A stretch of 64,000 bases of DNA from Octopus sinensis (GCF_006345805.1 NC_043000.1:104470001-104534000); one strand, 5' to 3'. Positions 49,321-63,756 are shown, counted from the stretch's first letter. Made by a program: numbers and translations. Notes: generated by a model not told the origin, from the letters alone.

Positions 49321-49894
49321 TATGTACATACATACATAGATACATACAGGCATTCATACGTATATGCATACGTACATACATACATGCACGCACGCATGCA
49401 CACACACACACGCAAACACACACACACACACGCGCACATATTTATATGCATAATTTAATATCGTCTTGGTAACAACATTATAGCGTGCTTTGAAAAGCTC
49501 CCCCATGGACATCGGATACCATATGCTACCTTACAACTGGAGTTCTCCTTTTACCGAACATCCATTTGCAAATCTGATAATATCCGCAGAATTCATACGA
49601 AAAAATTGTAATGCAAGAAGATGGAATGAACAGGCTTTAATTCAAATCACTACAGTTATCTCTGTGCATTAGTATCAGCTGGTATTTGTTGAGTGCTTCA
49701 CATATTATACACATTCTTTCATTAATATTGGTTCCAAATTCTGGCACAAGGCCAGCAGTTTCGGGATTACCTCGAACCCAGTGGTCAACTGGTACTTATT
49801 TTATCGCCCCCAAGAGGATGAAAAGCAAAGTCGACCTCAGCGATATTTTAACTCACATTCTTGCATTAATATTAATGCATATTAATATGGTGCT

Positions 49895-50103
49895 AAGCTG
49901 GTAGAATCGTTAGCACGCCAGACAAGAAGCTTAGTGGCATTTTGTCCGTCTTTATGCTCTGAGTTTAGATTCCGCCGAGGACGACTTTACCTTAGTATTT
50001 CAGGGTTGATAAAATAAGTACCAGTTGAGCACTGGGGTCGATGTAATCGACTTACACCCTCCCCCCGAACTTGCTGGCCTTGTGTCAAAATTTGAAACCA
50101 GCA
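49895..50103 (+). mobile_element. SINE family 1 copy (adjacent to an opposite-strand partial copy at about 49735-49855)
   Basis: Near-consensus A box, B box and body. Confidence 0.85.
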
Positions 50104-50228
50104 TTAATACATATTAATGCAAGAATGTTTATATGTGAAACACTCAGCAATTGCCAGCTAGTACTAATGTACAGAAACAATTGCAGGAGATTTGGATTAA
50201 AATCTATTCGTTCTATCTTCTTGTATTA

Positions 50229-50333
<105 letters not shown>

Positions 50334-50379
50334 TACACACATCACCACCGATACCACCAACTCTCATAGTTACAAACCC

Positions 50380-51050
50380 AACTTTAATACTTCAACACCT
50401 TTACAAACAACATCCACCATCACTGGAAGAGATTTTAATGTACGTAACAACTTTTTGGGTTTCAAATTGTACATATAATGAAAGAGATAGCATAACAGCA
50501 TCACAACTAAGCCCCCTTCACATTCTAAACTCATCAAACCAACACACGCACAAACCTTGCCAAGCCAACCAACCAATCAACCAACCAACCAACCAACAAC
50601 TTTTGCTCAAACATCATATTCTACTTCATACACTTAACCACCATATCTACTTGATAATTATCTAGCTTTCTGGGGGCCATCTACCGATTATTAAAATAAC
50701 ACTCACGTACATCAATAAAGAATGTAAAAATATATTTACAACCATAAAAAGTAAACAAAAATAAACAAAACATGCACAATGGAACAAGGTATTTTGAAGT
50801 ATTCAACACCACAAAATCACCATGGACACTATAGTACATACATTCAACAAAATAATTACAAATGCACCCGAAATACATCGCATAAGCAAACATTTGAAAT
50901 ACAACCCCAATTACATCCAGAAATAACCAGCCTTATAAAAATCAGACGCCTTAAAGACAACATTAAACATGATACACCAAAGCCACACAAACACAACCGA
51001 AATAAACTTAGCATCAAACAGAGAAATAATAAATAAATAAATAAATTGAA
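50380..51050 (+). mobile_element. Very old LINE endonuclease relic (Jockey/I-like)
   Basis: ITGRDFN...LG and LHILNSSNQHT resemble GDFN..WG and L.ILN.G.PT; A/C-rich strand bias. Confidence 0.35.
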
Positions 51051-51896
51051 GAAGAGAAAAATCGAAAGAAAGGAAACCAGGAAATATATCTAAGAAATAA
51101 ATCGCATTTATTGTAAAATATTGTATAGAGTAATTGCCACAGCCACCATTACCACCATCAACTTATCAAAAGACACTACATAGAATAATTACAACCACAA
51201 CCATCGCCTCCATCATCACCACCACCACCGACATAAATTACATCTACAATAACATCACACAATACTTCACGTTACAATAACAACTATAAATAAATCAAGG
51301 CAACAAAGTTCAACTTTTTTTCCTGCTACAGACAGAGAAAGTACGGTTTCCTACCAAACCGAAATCAACAAATAGGCAGGTGTGCATCGAACCTTTACGG
51401 GCTGAGTGCATACTTCGACCTTACATCTGAAAAGAAAAAGGGGGGAAAAAAACGAAAGAACCTCCACCCTCAAAAGTAAAAAAATAAAAAAAAACATGGA
51501 GACTGCAATGCTTGACCTTGACCTTGACCCATGGAGGTAATGTTTTAAACGTCAGCTAATGCTGTAAGTGGCTGATACTTCCTTTTTCGTTAGAAATAAC
51601 GATTCTGTGTGTCTAGCGAGAGACAGAGATATGTAATTATCTTTTCTTTCTCGTTTTTTGATAAAGTGGTTCGGGAGAATAGCATTTTTCATTTTTTCCG
51701 AAAATTGCCTAAAATTATTTCATTCTGAAAGTTCGTCCATGTTTATTTATTTATTGCATTAGAAATTATAATATAGACTGAGATGTTTGTTTTTACATTT
51801 GATACAGTGTGTACGTATTTGTGCTCTGATGACTTTTATATTCCAATTTCTCAGCTCAAGACACAAAGAATAATCATGATAATAATTATAATTATT

Positions 51897-52775
51897 TCAA
51901 ATTTTTGCCACAAGGGCAGCTGGGGAGAGCTGGGGATGAATCGATTACATCGACCCCTGTATTTAACTGGTACTTATTTCATCGATCCCGAAAGGATGAA
52001 AGGCAAAGTCGACCCCGGCGCAATTTGAACTCCGAATTTGCGATGGGCGAAATACCGCTAAGCATTTTATCTAGCGAGCTAATGATTCTGCCAGCTCGCC
52101 GCCTTAATACAACAACAACAACAACAACAACAATCCTTTCCACTGTTGATTACATCGAACCCAGTACGCAACTTGTACTTAAGTTATCGACCTCGAAAGG
52201 ATGAAAGGCAAAGTCGACCTCGGCGGACTTTGAACTGAGAATGAAGCGACGGGCGAAATACCACGTAAGCATTTCGTCCAGTGTGCAAACGATTCTGCCA
52301 GCTCGCCGCCTTAATAGTAATAATAATGATGGACTCAGCCGTCGAAGACCTATACAAACGATTTGTTTATAGTGATCAAATGTATGTGCCATGCATTAGC
52401 TCACTTCCTCCATCAAATCGGTGTTGCCTGAACAGGTGCACGCGCCAGGTGTCGAAGTGATCGCAGAGCAACGTGAGATGAAGTGTTTTGCTCAAGAACA
52501 CAACGCACCACCTGGTCTAGGAATTGAAACCACGACCTCGCGATCGTGAGAGCAACACCCTAACCGCTAGGTTATGGTTTCAAATTTTGGTACAAGGACA
52601 AGTTCGGGGGAGGAGATACGTCTATTATATTGACCCCAGTGCTCAACTGTACTGATTTTATCGATCCGGAAATGATGAAAGGCAAAGTTGACCTCGGCGG
52701 AAATTGAACTCAGAACGTAAAAACAGAGGAAATGACACTAAGAATTTTGCTCAGCGTGCTACCAATTCTGCCAAG
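51897..52775 (-). mobile_element. SINE cluster: three family 1 copies (about 51897-52105, 52140-52312, 52575-52775) and a third-family tRNA SINE (about 52390-52570)
   Basis: Reverse-complement matches; the third family carries gcgttgtgttcttgagcaaaacacttc. Confidence 0.8.
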
Positions 52776-52778
52776 TTT

Positions 52779-53016
52779 CCACCTGAAGCAAAATACAAGT
52801 AATTGCAGAATATGTGGTGATAGGGAAGAAATAATAAATCATGCTGTTTCTGGCTGCCCAGTCCTGGCTAAGAAGCAATATATCCACAAATATAACAGAG
52901 TTGGGACCTATACACAATGAAAGCTATGCTAACACTATGGAATGACAAAAAAAAAAAAAAAAAAGATGGTAGAGGAATATAGGAATATCCCAGAAAATAA
53001 CAAAGCAACCATACTC
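52779..53016 (+). mobile_element. R4/Dong LINE fragment (CCHC knuckle region)
   Basis: CRICGDREEIINHAVSGCPVLAKKQYIHKYNRVGTY...ENNKATIL, closely related to the 35766-38690 family. Confidence 0.85.
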
Positions 53017-56000
53017 CGATTTGTCAGCGTTGAATTTAGCCCTTGCAACTGACTCATATTTTCTTACAATGAAGCCGACCGTCTCAACTTCGGAAGCATC
53101 CGACACCACGACGGTGATGTCATCCGCGTGATTTTAGGTATGTATTATTTTAGAATATTAGGTAGCAATAGTTGACACTACTCTCCCGAGTCCGAACTCG
53201 AAAGGGAGGCCTCTTAACTCTTCCAACTTCTGCAGCAGTGGTTCAAGAGCCAGCGCATACAGAAGAATTGACAGCCCTGACAGACCAAACGTACGATACA
53301 AAACGGTTCCGGCAGGTGGCCATTTACTTTGACCACCGAGCAAGTGACGCTGCGCATTGCAGCAGTCTATCCTCTGAAAACGGGTCCGAAACCGACCGCT
53401 TTAAGGACTGCTGCCAAGTAGCGATGGTCTACCCTATCGAAATCCTTCGACTGATCTAAATTGATCAGGGCCCCACCCAAGCCAGCTTTAGTCCCAGCCC
53501 TCTCTACGATGTATCGCATAAGGTGATGGTTGTCGTGGATATACCTGCTCGGGATTGCGCATATTTGTGCCTTCCCGACCAGACCAACGACAAGCGCCAA
53601 CCTTTTCGCTAACACTTTGGCCAAAATCTTAAACTCTGTGGTTAGCAGAGTTATGGACCGAAAATTCCCTATCACAATCCCATTGTTGGTGTCCTTTCAC
53701 AGCAGTGTTACCACATTCCAGCTCATAGCACTAGGAATTCTCCCGGTCTGTAGCTAATCACTGTAGACGTCTGCCAATAGGTTGCCAAACAAATCTGGCA
53801 TGAATACATAGAATTCGTAGAGCAAACCGGGCGATTTGCGACTTGTGTAACTGCTCATCGCTTTCTGTATTTCAGATCTGTAATCGGCAAAATCTGGCGT
53901 CCGTTACCGAGAGCCGTGCTAGACTGTCCAGGTACGAAGTAAAGTCCGCTACCATAGTGGACCCTTCCCAAACAGTCGCGCAAAATGCTACTGAAAAGCC
54001 GCACACATCTGCTTAGAACCGAGTAGCACGCGCCCGTCCTGACCCGTCAAAGACTTGTTCGTGGTTTTGTTTCTACGTCGCGTCTCCACCGTTTTTTCGT
54101 GCTTTAGCGTATGAGCCTTAGCTCTGACAACGCACCCTTCGTGTTTCACCTCAAAGAAATGGTCAAGGGCCATTCTCGTCGCTAACACGTCGGTCGTGAC
54201 GCCTTTACTAATAGCCTCTTCTAGTTTTCTGGCTAATTCTCCCTCTAATCTATTTCTTTCTATTGCTAAGTCATTGCTAAACCCTATCGATTCTACTGTA
54301 ATTGCTCTCCGGTTGTTGACTATTGCCTCCTCCAACTGCCGCTTAACTAGTTTGCTAATCCGGTCCCTGCAGTCTATGCGAGCCGTTAACGACGCATTCA
54401 ACTTCCAGTAACCGGGTTCCTGTCTACAGGTCCTATCTAAATCGACGGTGCATGTCACAAATTTGTGAACTGTAGCCGACCAATTTAAATTGCGGACAAC
54501 CTATGATATCCCTAACCTCTGACTTAACAAATAGTCTATCTAAATACGATCTGGATGATCCTCTGTGATTGCTCCATATCCACATTGGCACATCAGGGAA
54601 ATTCAGTCGGTACCTGTCAGAGAGCTGGAAAGTCCTGAGCAGGTTTTCGAGGCTTTGTACTCACACAGTCCTTCCATGCATCGAAAATACTATTCCAGTC
54701 TCTCACTGGTACTAAAATGCGTGACGTTCCCAAGAATGTTTCTAGACGCCTGAAAATATCTGGTCTTCCAGCCCCTGTTGGGGCATAAACTGCCACCAGT
54801 CTAAAGGTATCACCTTCGCTGCCATTGACGTCCAGGACCAGCACCCTACTATCCGGGTCCAGGAAGATAGCCCGTACCTGGAGATCTAGGGATTTCCGGA
54901 GTAGCATAGCTACACCGCCATCCGCTCCCGACAGACCACAAGATGAGAATACCTCGTAGTCCTCGAGATTGGATGCTAGAGTGTGTTTACCGGAGACCCT
55001 TGTTTCACTAATGGCAGTCACAGCTAAATCAAGTAATCTGAGATCATTGAGCAAGTGACCTTGCTCCCAAGCTGATCCCAGGCCACGCACATTCACACAC
55101 CCCATTCTCAGCACAGTCATGCTAGTCGTAGAAAAAGAGGTTACCTTGATTTTCGAGAAGCCCGGAAGTTTCGGGACACTCTACTGGCGAAAATTTTTAA
55201 AAGGCCCTTCCAACAGCCTTTTATCAACTGATTATTTTTTAAATACTCACACTACATAGGAATTTTTCTCCTATAGTTTTATAAACGTCTGATGACGTTT
55301 TAATTACATGCCTGTGCTTGGGGCTTTTGAAAAATCCTCAAATTCCTTCCCTCTTTCTCTATTTTGTGTGTGTTTTGACTTACAAAATCCATCAATTCAC
55401 TGTTGCACTTGTTTACATCTGTGAAATTGATGGAGACATTTCGTCTACAGTCTGATGAATATTCTTGTTTTTGAAGTTCTGTAATTGGTTGTTTCTGTGT
55501 TTCTGTGATTTCATGCTGGTGTTGATGATGTGGCTGTTTTTGAAGTTGTTGTTCTTGTTCTTGTTGTTTTTGTTGGAGTGGTTTTGTGAATTGTGTTGCT
55601 GTTGTAGTTTCAGAATATGTTTTTGTTGTAGTCTTGGAGTAGAGCTATGTACTCTCCTCCTCTTTCGCCTACCCCCTTTTGTCACGTTAATACATTGATT
55701 GCTCAGCTCTTCTTTCTCCATATCATTGCAGTTGATGTTGGTTTGGGAGGAAGAGCATTGAAGAGAAGCTTGCTTTTCCGTGGCAGCTGGGGTTAGACGC
55801 CTGCTTGGTCTTGTTTTGGGAGTAGGTGTGTACGTGGGTGTGGGTATAGGTGTAGGAGTCTTGAGCACTTTTTCATGATTTTGTGTTTGTGGTGTTTGTA
55901 ATGTTGGCAGCAGTGAGAGTTTAGTGTTTCTTATTTCAGTGCAGAAAGCCTTTAAGTGAGTTACAGATCCGCATATGTGGCATCTTGGCTTTCTACTCTC

Positions 56001-57065
56001 CACTAACACAGACAGGCGAGTACCATCCGAGAGATATTGCAGCTGGTCGATACGGTCATGCTTGCATTGGAAGGCCAGTTCCACACCTATACCCGACCAG
56101 TTTGCTTAGGTGGTTTCTTGACCTCCAGTATTGTCACTTCGTCTTCTAAACCTGCCAAGATGTCCGCCACTAACCAGGTAATTGATATTTCTGGTGGCAC
56201 ATTCAACACCCTAATCTTGGGGATTAAGAAGAAGTTGTCGTTCCTCAAAGTGGTCGCGGAATTACACCTGGCTTCTTCTTCCGTTCCAAATCTTACCTCA
56301 ATTGTTCCAAACTTCTTTCCTCGGGTGATGTGGGTCTTTTGTTCCCACACGCGCCCAAGGCATCTTTGTATTTCGCTCTCAGAAGCATTTTCCACCCGAC
56401 GTGACTTAACTCCGATGCAGCGGTATGTGACCGTGTATCTTGCGATATTTTCTGTCGGATGGAGGGTTTAGAGCTACCTTTCTCCCATTCCTTTTTACAA
56501 TTTTCCTTGCCATTTTAAAATTTTCTACATTTAGACGAAAATTTTCTATATTTCTCGCCGCAAACGCAAAAGAAGCAGAGGCGATATTCGCGTTTTTAGG
56601 TTTCATTTCTTTCGTATTGTTGACAATTCTGCTGCTGTTACTGTTGTTGTTATTGTCACTGCTGCTGCTGTTACTGTTATTATTGTTGTTGTCGACACCG
56701 AAAGTTTTGACGTTGCTTAGAGACGAAGCATTATTTGCCTCGGTAACGTCATTAAGTGTAGACCATTCTATATCTTTGTCCTCATTTCTTGACGAAGAAT
56801 GCGTTTCGTTGTCGAACATTATGATAGCTTCTTTATTAACCATCTTTAATTGAATAATGAAAACAGCAAAATATTTTTTTTTCGAAAGTAGTTAAGGTTA
56901 AAAAAATATTGATGTGCACCCCTTGTAAAACAGGGGGTGTTTCTGCACAAAAATACTATCTGCGTAGTCCAGACAATCTCAGAAATGCAAAGGTAACAAT
57001 AAAATGAAAACACGAGGCCTTAGAAGGCCGTAAAAATTACGGAGCTTCAAATTTCCGTGACTTTA
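53017..57065 (-). mobile_element. L1/Tx1-clade LINE with 5' end, ORF1 and 3'-truncated ORF2 (inactivated)
   Basis: ORF1 pieces 56843-55413 with KIRVLNVPP and knuckle CHICGSVTHLKAFC; ORF2 from 55120: NVRGL, SET, VYAP, WKLNASL, RSITLL..FKILAKVLAKRL, LDQSKDFDRVDH, LALEPLL, DDITV, AKFNADKS. Confidence 0.93.
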
Positions 57066-57078
57066 CAGTATGGTGGCA

Positions 57079-57079
<1 letters not shown>

Positions 57080-57157
<78 letters not shown>

Positions 57158-57173
57158 TGATGATGATGATTAA
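57080..57173. repeat. (AAT)n/(GAT)n microsatellite
   Basis: Direct inspection. Confidence 0.95.
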
Positions 57174-57715
57174 GCCCTGATGCAGTGGCTTTCATGGTTT
57201 CTCATCTTAACTGATTGAAAGTGTTATCATGTATATTGTTTATCTTGATATAAAAGATGGGCTACAGGAAATATTCCGCTCAATACCACAGATTTTCTTA
57301 TTAGTTGTTTGACCATAACCAGTTGAGCATGTCTCTTAGTGAATGACGATATGTGCATCTCTGATCACGAGCAGAAGTAGTGGGGGAGCATTATAGCTAT
57401 GTATTGAGAGAAATTCTTTGTGGTTTTGATAATTCACCCCTGGAAACATGGGTGTTTCGTTCAACATCCTTAAAAAACCTTTATTGAAGAACCTTTTGAG
57501 CGGTATGTGTTACTCAACCTGAAGAAAATTCTAACTGGGTTCCACCTGCAAGGTCATGCGCTGTTAATCTTGATATCAGATCACCTTTCGCGCTCATATG
57601 GTTGTAATGCATGTGCCTGGTGTACCCTTATCAGACGGGTAGTCATGATGGGTATATTGGGCTTCGTATATTTTACCCCAGTGTCACTTCGATGACATAT
57701 ACTACTCTCTCACTC
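57174..57715 (+). mobile_element. ~545-bp non-coding dispersed element embedded in (TAA)n/(GAT)n, copy 2
   Basis: Reverse complement of 35189-35745 with scattered substitutions; arrays on both sides. Confidence 0.85.
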
Positions 57716-57725
57716 AATAGTAATA

Positions 57726-57760
<35 letters not shown>

Positions 57761-57789
57761 AATAACAGTAATAATAATAATAATCTTTT

Positions 57790-58195
57790 CTGCTATAAGC
57801 AAAAAGCCTGGATTTCGTGGGAAGGACAGTCGATCACATCGACCCCAGTCTTCAACTAGTACTTCATTTATCGACCCCGAAAGGATGAAAGGCAAAGTTG
57901 ACCTCAGCGGAATTTGAACTCAGAAGGTAAAGAGCCGGAAAAAATGCCGAAATAGGCATTTCGTCCAACATGCTAATAATAATGGTTTCAAATTTCGATA
58001 CAAGGTCAGCAGTTTTGGGAGTAGGGGCCAAGTCGATTACATCGACCCTAGTGCTCAACTGGTACTTATTTTATCGATTCTGAATGGATGAAAGGCAAAA
58101 TCAACTTCTGTGGAATTTGAACTCAGAAGGTAAAGACGGACGAAATGCCGCGAAACTCTTCGCCCGGCGTGCTAACGATTCTGCCAGCTCGTTGC
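57790..58195 (-). mobile_element. Two tandem SINE family 1 copies
   Basis: Reverse-complement family match. Confidence 0.8.
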
Positions 58196-59009
58196 TTGCG
58201 GCGTGCTAATAATAATAATGTCAACCAGCAATAACCACACCATGGACTGGAACTCACAAAATATAGGGCCATAGCTAAATGCCATATCTATTTCTATACA
58301 AGGAAAGCTGCTTCATCGTGGAGAGGCTTTTTCATTGGCTCATAAAGGCCCTTACGTTTGAAATACCTTTGATCAAAGATCTGCTCGATTAGTGCTACAA
58401 CAACAATAACAACAACTAAAATCGTTCCGATAGGAAATAAATGATTAGCTGGAGTCGTTCAGGCAGAAAATATCATCCAGTGAAAATATAGATTATTGAT
58501 TTCTAGTACTGACATAAGCCTTTAATCCGGCGTTCTTCTGATCTTACAATCGATCATCGTCGGTGTATAAAATTATTGATTTGTAATGTTGGGTCGCACC
58601 AGCTATTTCAGTTGGGAGAAGTGTAGTCGATAAAACCGACTCCTCAATACTAGAATGGTACTTATTTTATTGACCCTCCCACAATATGAAATTGAAACTT
58701 TAAAAAAGAAGTAATCACACACCTAACAATGTGTTTTAACCGGCACCCCTACTGATACTACCATACAACCCACGTAACGCCGACAAACGTCATATAAATA
58801 TCTCACATTTAGATCTAAGTATAATTTAAGCAATTTCAGCACTTGATTGGTACTTTATTTTTATCGATCCTTAAAGGATAAAAAGCAAGGTCAACTTCGG
58901 TGGGATTTGAACCTATAATGCGAAGAACCAGAATGAAAATAACTAGCAGCTGTAATTGACTTCCCCCATCCACAAACTTGCTGACCTTGAGCCAAAATTT
59001 GGAAAAAGC

Positions 59010-60725
59010 ATCATTATCGTTTATTACTCGACATTTGATAGTTTCAAGGCAAATTTCTGCTGCATCGCCTTCTGTACCCCCATGTTGCTGAGGTGTGCTC
59101 AGCATTGTGTGTTCTAGCTTTTTTGTTGTTGTTGGGGGAGTACAAACTCTTCCCGGTATTGTATTGCATTAGTTTGTTTTGTTATGGGCTTGGCTACGGA
59201 CTTTTGTATTAGTGTTCGTATTATGTGTTGTGTGAGTAATGCGAGTTGTGTTCTTCTGTTGGGTATCCGACCTGTAGGGTACATGTTGTGGGGGTCGTTT
59301 ATTTTATTAGATGTGTCTTGTGTTTGTGGATTGCTTTATTTGGATTGTAGGGTATGGGCTGCTCTTAGTAGATCTTAGTAAATCTTTGGATAGTGTGTAG
59401 TGTTGAGGGTCCAAGTATAGCTTCTACGTTTCTGTTCATACGTTTTTATTTTATCATACCCCATGCTCCAATTATTACTTGTATTGTTTGTATTGTTTTC
59501 AACTTATGCCCCACATTTCGAATAGTTCAATTACTTTGTACTTTGACAATTTTTGCATTTCAGTAAACAGGTGTTTTTTTTTTTATCAATCATTGATTAT
59601 TATAACTATGCGATTAGTTTTGATTTCTTTATTACTTTGAACAGGCATATCCCAGATGATTGTAGTCTGGTTGTTGTCATGTACTTTGTTTGGCACATGT
59701 TTATTTCATTTCTTGTTAGTTCTTGTGTTGCAGTTTTGGTATATTGCCCAGTGGGTGTAATTACTTACTCGGTCATGTCTGTATTTATATATTCAAATTT
59801 GGACAGCCAGAGGTAATGTAATCAACTGTCTCGTTGTGCTGGCTGCACATTCTGCATTTGTGTAAGGGTTTGTTTTCATTATTTTGCTTCTATAGTTGTT
59901 TGTGGTTATACGTTGATCTTACGCAGCGAGAATCAGTCCTTCCGTTTCTGCTTTTAGTCCGGAGCTTTTGAGCCATTGTTGGCTTTTACTTAGGCGCACT
60001 TCTTTGTTAAGCCTTGCAGGGTATGGACCGTGGAGTGATTTTTCTCTCCGTTTCTTCCTTGTAGGATTGTAGTTCTGTTTTGTTTCCCTGACCATTTCTG
60101 CGGTGTTGTCATCTGAGACCAGTGTATCAGTATAGTTTGTTTCTGTTTTGCATTTTGTCGCCTCCTTGAGTATAGAGAAAAGCGTTTTCATGTTGTAGTA
60201 GTCTACCTTTTTGTTTCTAAGTATTTTTCTGGCCAAACTGTTGTTATTTTATAGTAGTTTTCCATCTGTATCAGACCGCAACCTCCTTCTGAGTGGGGTA
60301 GATATTTTCTATATCTATTTGATTTGGGGTGGTGACTTCGGTATGCTGTGAATAGTTACCTGATTTTTCTAATTTTCATAAGTCACTGATCTTCCAGTTT
60401 ATTATGTTGAAGCTGTAGTTTATGACTGGTATGGCTAGTGCGTTTATCCCTATTATCTCATTTTTAGCATTGAGTTAAGTGTTTAATATTAGTCTAACTC
60501 TTCTGTAATATTTTCTCCTAATTTTTTCTTCCATTTCCGGGTGTGGTATTTTAGCTACTTCTTCTATTCCTAGATATTTGTAAGGGTGACTGTGGTCTAA
60601 TTTACTGATTTCAGTGTCTATGTCGGGTGCAGTGTTTTCAGTACTGGTTAATTTGCTTTATCACAATGTCCTGTTGGCACATCTAGCCAATCTCATACTC
60701 ATTCTGATGTCCTTGCTGAAACTGT
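59010..60725 (-). mobile_element. Degenerate R4/Dong LINE, 3' half
   Basis: YKYLGI, INALAIPVINYSF, WLKSSGLKAETEGLILAA, RHDRV, IIWDMPV, QKLSKYK, VIIGAWGMIK motifs. Confidence 0.85.
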
Positions 60726-60819
60726 GGACAATTTTTAGAAGATTTTTCTGTTCAGTAGTATTTTTAGTGAAAATTTTAAAATTATCCATGTATGAGAGAT
60801 GACTTATGGTTTTTTCATA

Positions 60820-60828
60820 GTATCTGTT

Positions 60829-60875
<47 letters not shown>

Positions 60876-60935
60876 CTTCTTCTTCTTCTTCTTCTTCTTC
60901 TTCTTCTTCTTCTTCTTCTTCTTCTTCTTCTTCTT

Positions 60936-60998
<63 letters not shown>
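60820..60998. repeat. Compound (TTG)n(TTC)n(TTA)n microsatellite
   Basis: Direct inspection. Confidence 0.97.
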
Positions 60999-60999
60999 C

Positions 61000-61397
61000 A
61001 CTCAACAGATTAGACTGTTGGAAAAGAAAAGAATCCTAACATTGGGCTACAGTAAGTAGCCTTAGATGTCAAGAACCCTCCTATCGGGTTACAGCATGTA
61101 ACTTTAGATGCCAAGAACCCCACTAAGTATCCTAGCTGTTCCTAATAACACTGTTTTCTGCAGCTGTACTAAACTGGATTTTATGCCTATTTCCTCTGTC
61201 CATCTGTTCAGATCTTCAAGGATAGTTCCCAATGCATCTGTAACTGCTGGGATACATTTTACCCACACTTTCCATAGTCCCTGTAATTCAGTAGCTAGTT
61301 CCTGGTACTTTGCTATTTTTTCTATACCGCTCATATTGATTTTTTCAACATTTGGGACTTTAAAGTCAATTATCTAGCACTTTCTATTCTCTTTATC

Positions 61398-61432
<35 letters not shown>

Positions 61433-61900
61433 AATAATGCCTTCTAGCGTCTACTACTCTGTCAGTTTGAACATTAAAGTCCCATAACATCTTGTACTTT
61501 TTAATTTCTAGTACTTTACTAGGTTCATGTTCATACCATTTATCAGTATGTTCAAATCCTAGCTCTCCCTAGATTGTCATGTCTTGTATTCTTTCTGTGC
61601 TAACACACTAGCACACTACATTCTCTTACTATATGAGTAACGCTTTCCTCTTTTGATTTGCATAATCTACATTGGGAATCTACTTGGTTTTTGTCTAATT
61701 TGGATATTTTTCCAATTAGTCCTTAGTGCTTGATCTTATGCAGCTACTAACAAACTTTCTATCTTCTGCTTCAGCTTTCCTTAAATATGTCTTACTCTAT
61801 TATTTGCTGCAACTATCTTCGGAAATCTACCATGCAACGCCTTCTCCTGCCAGTCAGATAACTTCTGTTCTTTTTTCTGATTTTTAACTTCGTTTGGATT
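61000..61900 (-). mobile_element. R4/Dong LINE 3' part (another subfamily), 3' end abutting (TAA)n
   Basis: WQEKALHGRF, ESLLVAA.DQALRTN, CRLCKSKEESVTHIV, WYEHEP, WDFNVQTDR, EKIAKYQEL, QKTVLLGTARIL. Confidence 0.85.
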
Positions 61901-62149
61901 TTTGGTTTCCCTTCTGACTGTGACTTTAATGCACTCAGCTTGCACATGCTAAAACTAGTTAATGACGAAAGTACATCTCAGGTATCAGAGTGAGTAAGAA
62001 AGAGCCCATCCCTACTGACACCTAAGGTGCAACGGTTCATAATCTTAAATAGTTTATTAAGTCTACCGCTTGATTATTTCTCACAATCCAAACTCATTTC
62101 TCTGTGGTACTCCGGAAACATCAACTTCTGAGATTTGCAGTTGTTTTTG

Positions 62150-62620
62150 CTGTCGGTGCTGTTGTTCTCTGGTTTTCTAGCTTTTCTTGGTTAAAGTCCT
62201 GAAGTGGTTCTTATTGTTCACGTATTACAGTTAAACTTTTTGTCCCGCTCTACTAGTCTTATTACCCTTCTCTCTGCTCTCTGAATGGGATGCAGCCCCG
62301 GGATAGATTTGTGATCTTCGGGAGAATCAGAACCTATATGTCCATACAGACTTATCCGACTACATATTATTTCGGGTCACCTTGTAACCCACTATCAGTC
62401 CGACTGCATTGCTAAAGCGACGGTGAGCACAGGGTCAACGTCACAATCAGTGCTCTCTGCTATGACCTTCGTGTTACTTTGCCCCGGTTACGAAGACATC
62501 AGCCTATGCACGGGTTTTGTGACATACCAGTTCTATCTATTTCTCATCTCGTCCTCAATTTATGCTCCCATGAATGAATCACACACCATCTAGAGTTTTC
62601 TTTAGCTGATCTTTTGAGAG
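62150..62620 (-). mobile_element. Possible CR1 ORF1 (SGNH esterase-like) relic
   Basis: Weak: MVCDSF (~GDS) and PGAK (~LPGA) in the expected order; many stops. Confidence 0.3.
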
Positions 62621-63053
62621 CTTACCTCCGCCGGTGTTTTCAGAGCAGAAGTATGTTAACTTATTACTCTTTATTGATTAAGTTTTCCAGGCAAAGAGGC
62701 ACACTCATTTGTAACATCTTTCTTTAACTGGATTTGGCTCATGCCAAAAACGTTTTAGCTTGTAATACATGCAAAGGGGTTGGTGTTAGTACTTTCGTTA
62801 ATATCGTTCGAGTTTGATTTGACTGTATTTTTCTTTGTGTACAAGTTAGGATTTTGGGGATTCAAACTGTGATTGCGAAAATATGTCGTTGACTTGTGTT
62901 TCTCTTTATCATTTTTTAAAACCTCATTTATCTGTGTTTAATTCGTTTTATTGTATTTTAAAATTTTGTTATTTTCTATCCAGGGATTTTCAATGTTACT
63001 TTGTTTGTTTATAGCTATCTTAAATATAAAAAAAAAATGAATAAATGCACACA

Positions 63054-63098
<45 letters not shown>

Positions 63099-63287
63099 CA
63101 CACACACACACACACATCTTCAGTAGAAAAGTTGTTTGAAAGGATTTTTTATGTTTACACAAGTTATTGGAATAGATATTCATACGTTCTAAAGTGCCAC
63201 GTTTTCAGAGTGTGAGAGAAACAAATAACTACAAAAAACTTGGGAATAATTTATTTTCTCGGAGCAGTCTGAAAATAATTTCCAAAC

Positions 63288-63358
<71 letters not shown>

Positions 63359-63456
63359 TCTTTATTAGCCTCAAGGCAACATAAATACATTAGAGTAGGA
63401 TAACATAGACAAAACCTTGCGGTGTATACACACGTACACACTCATATTATATATAT

Positions 63457-63543
<87 letters not shown>

Positions 63544-63756
63544 ATGTATATACGTATATATATATATGTATATACGTATATATATATATATGTATATACG
63601 TATATATAGATATATATTTATATATATGTGTATGTGTGCGCGCATAATAAATATATATAAATATATGTGTGTGTGTGCATGTATATATGTGTATGTGTAT
63701 GTATGTATATATATATATATATATTTATATGCACAAATAAATATATATATATATAT

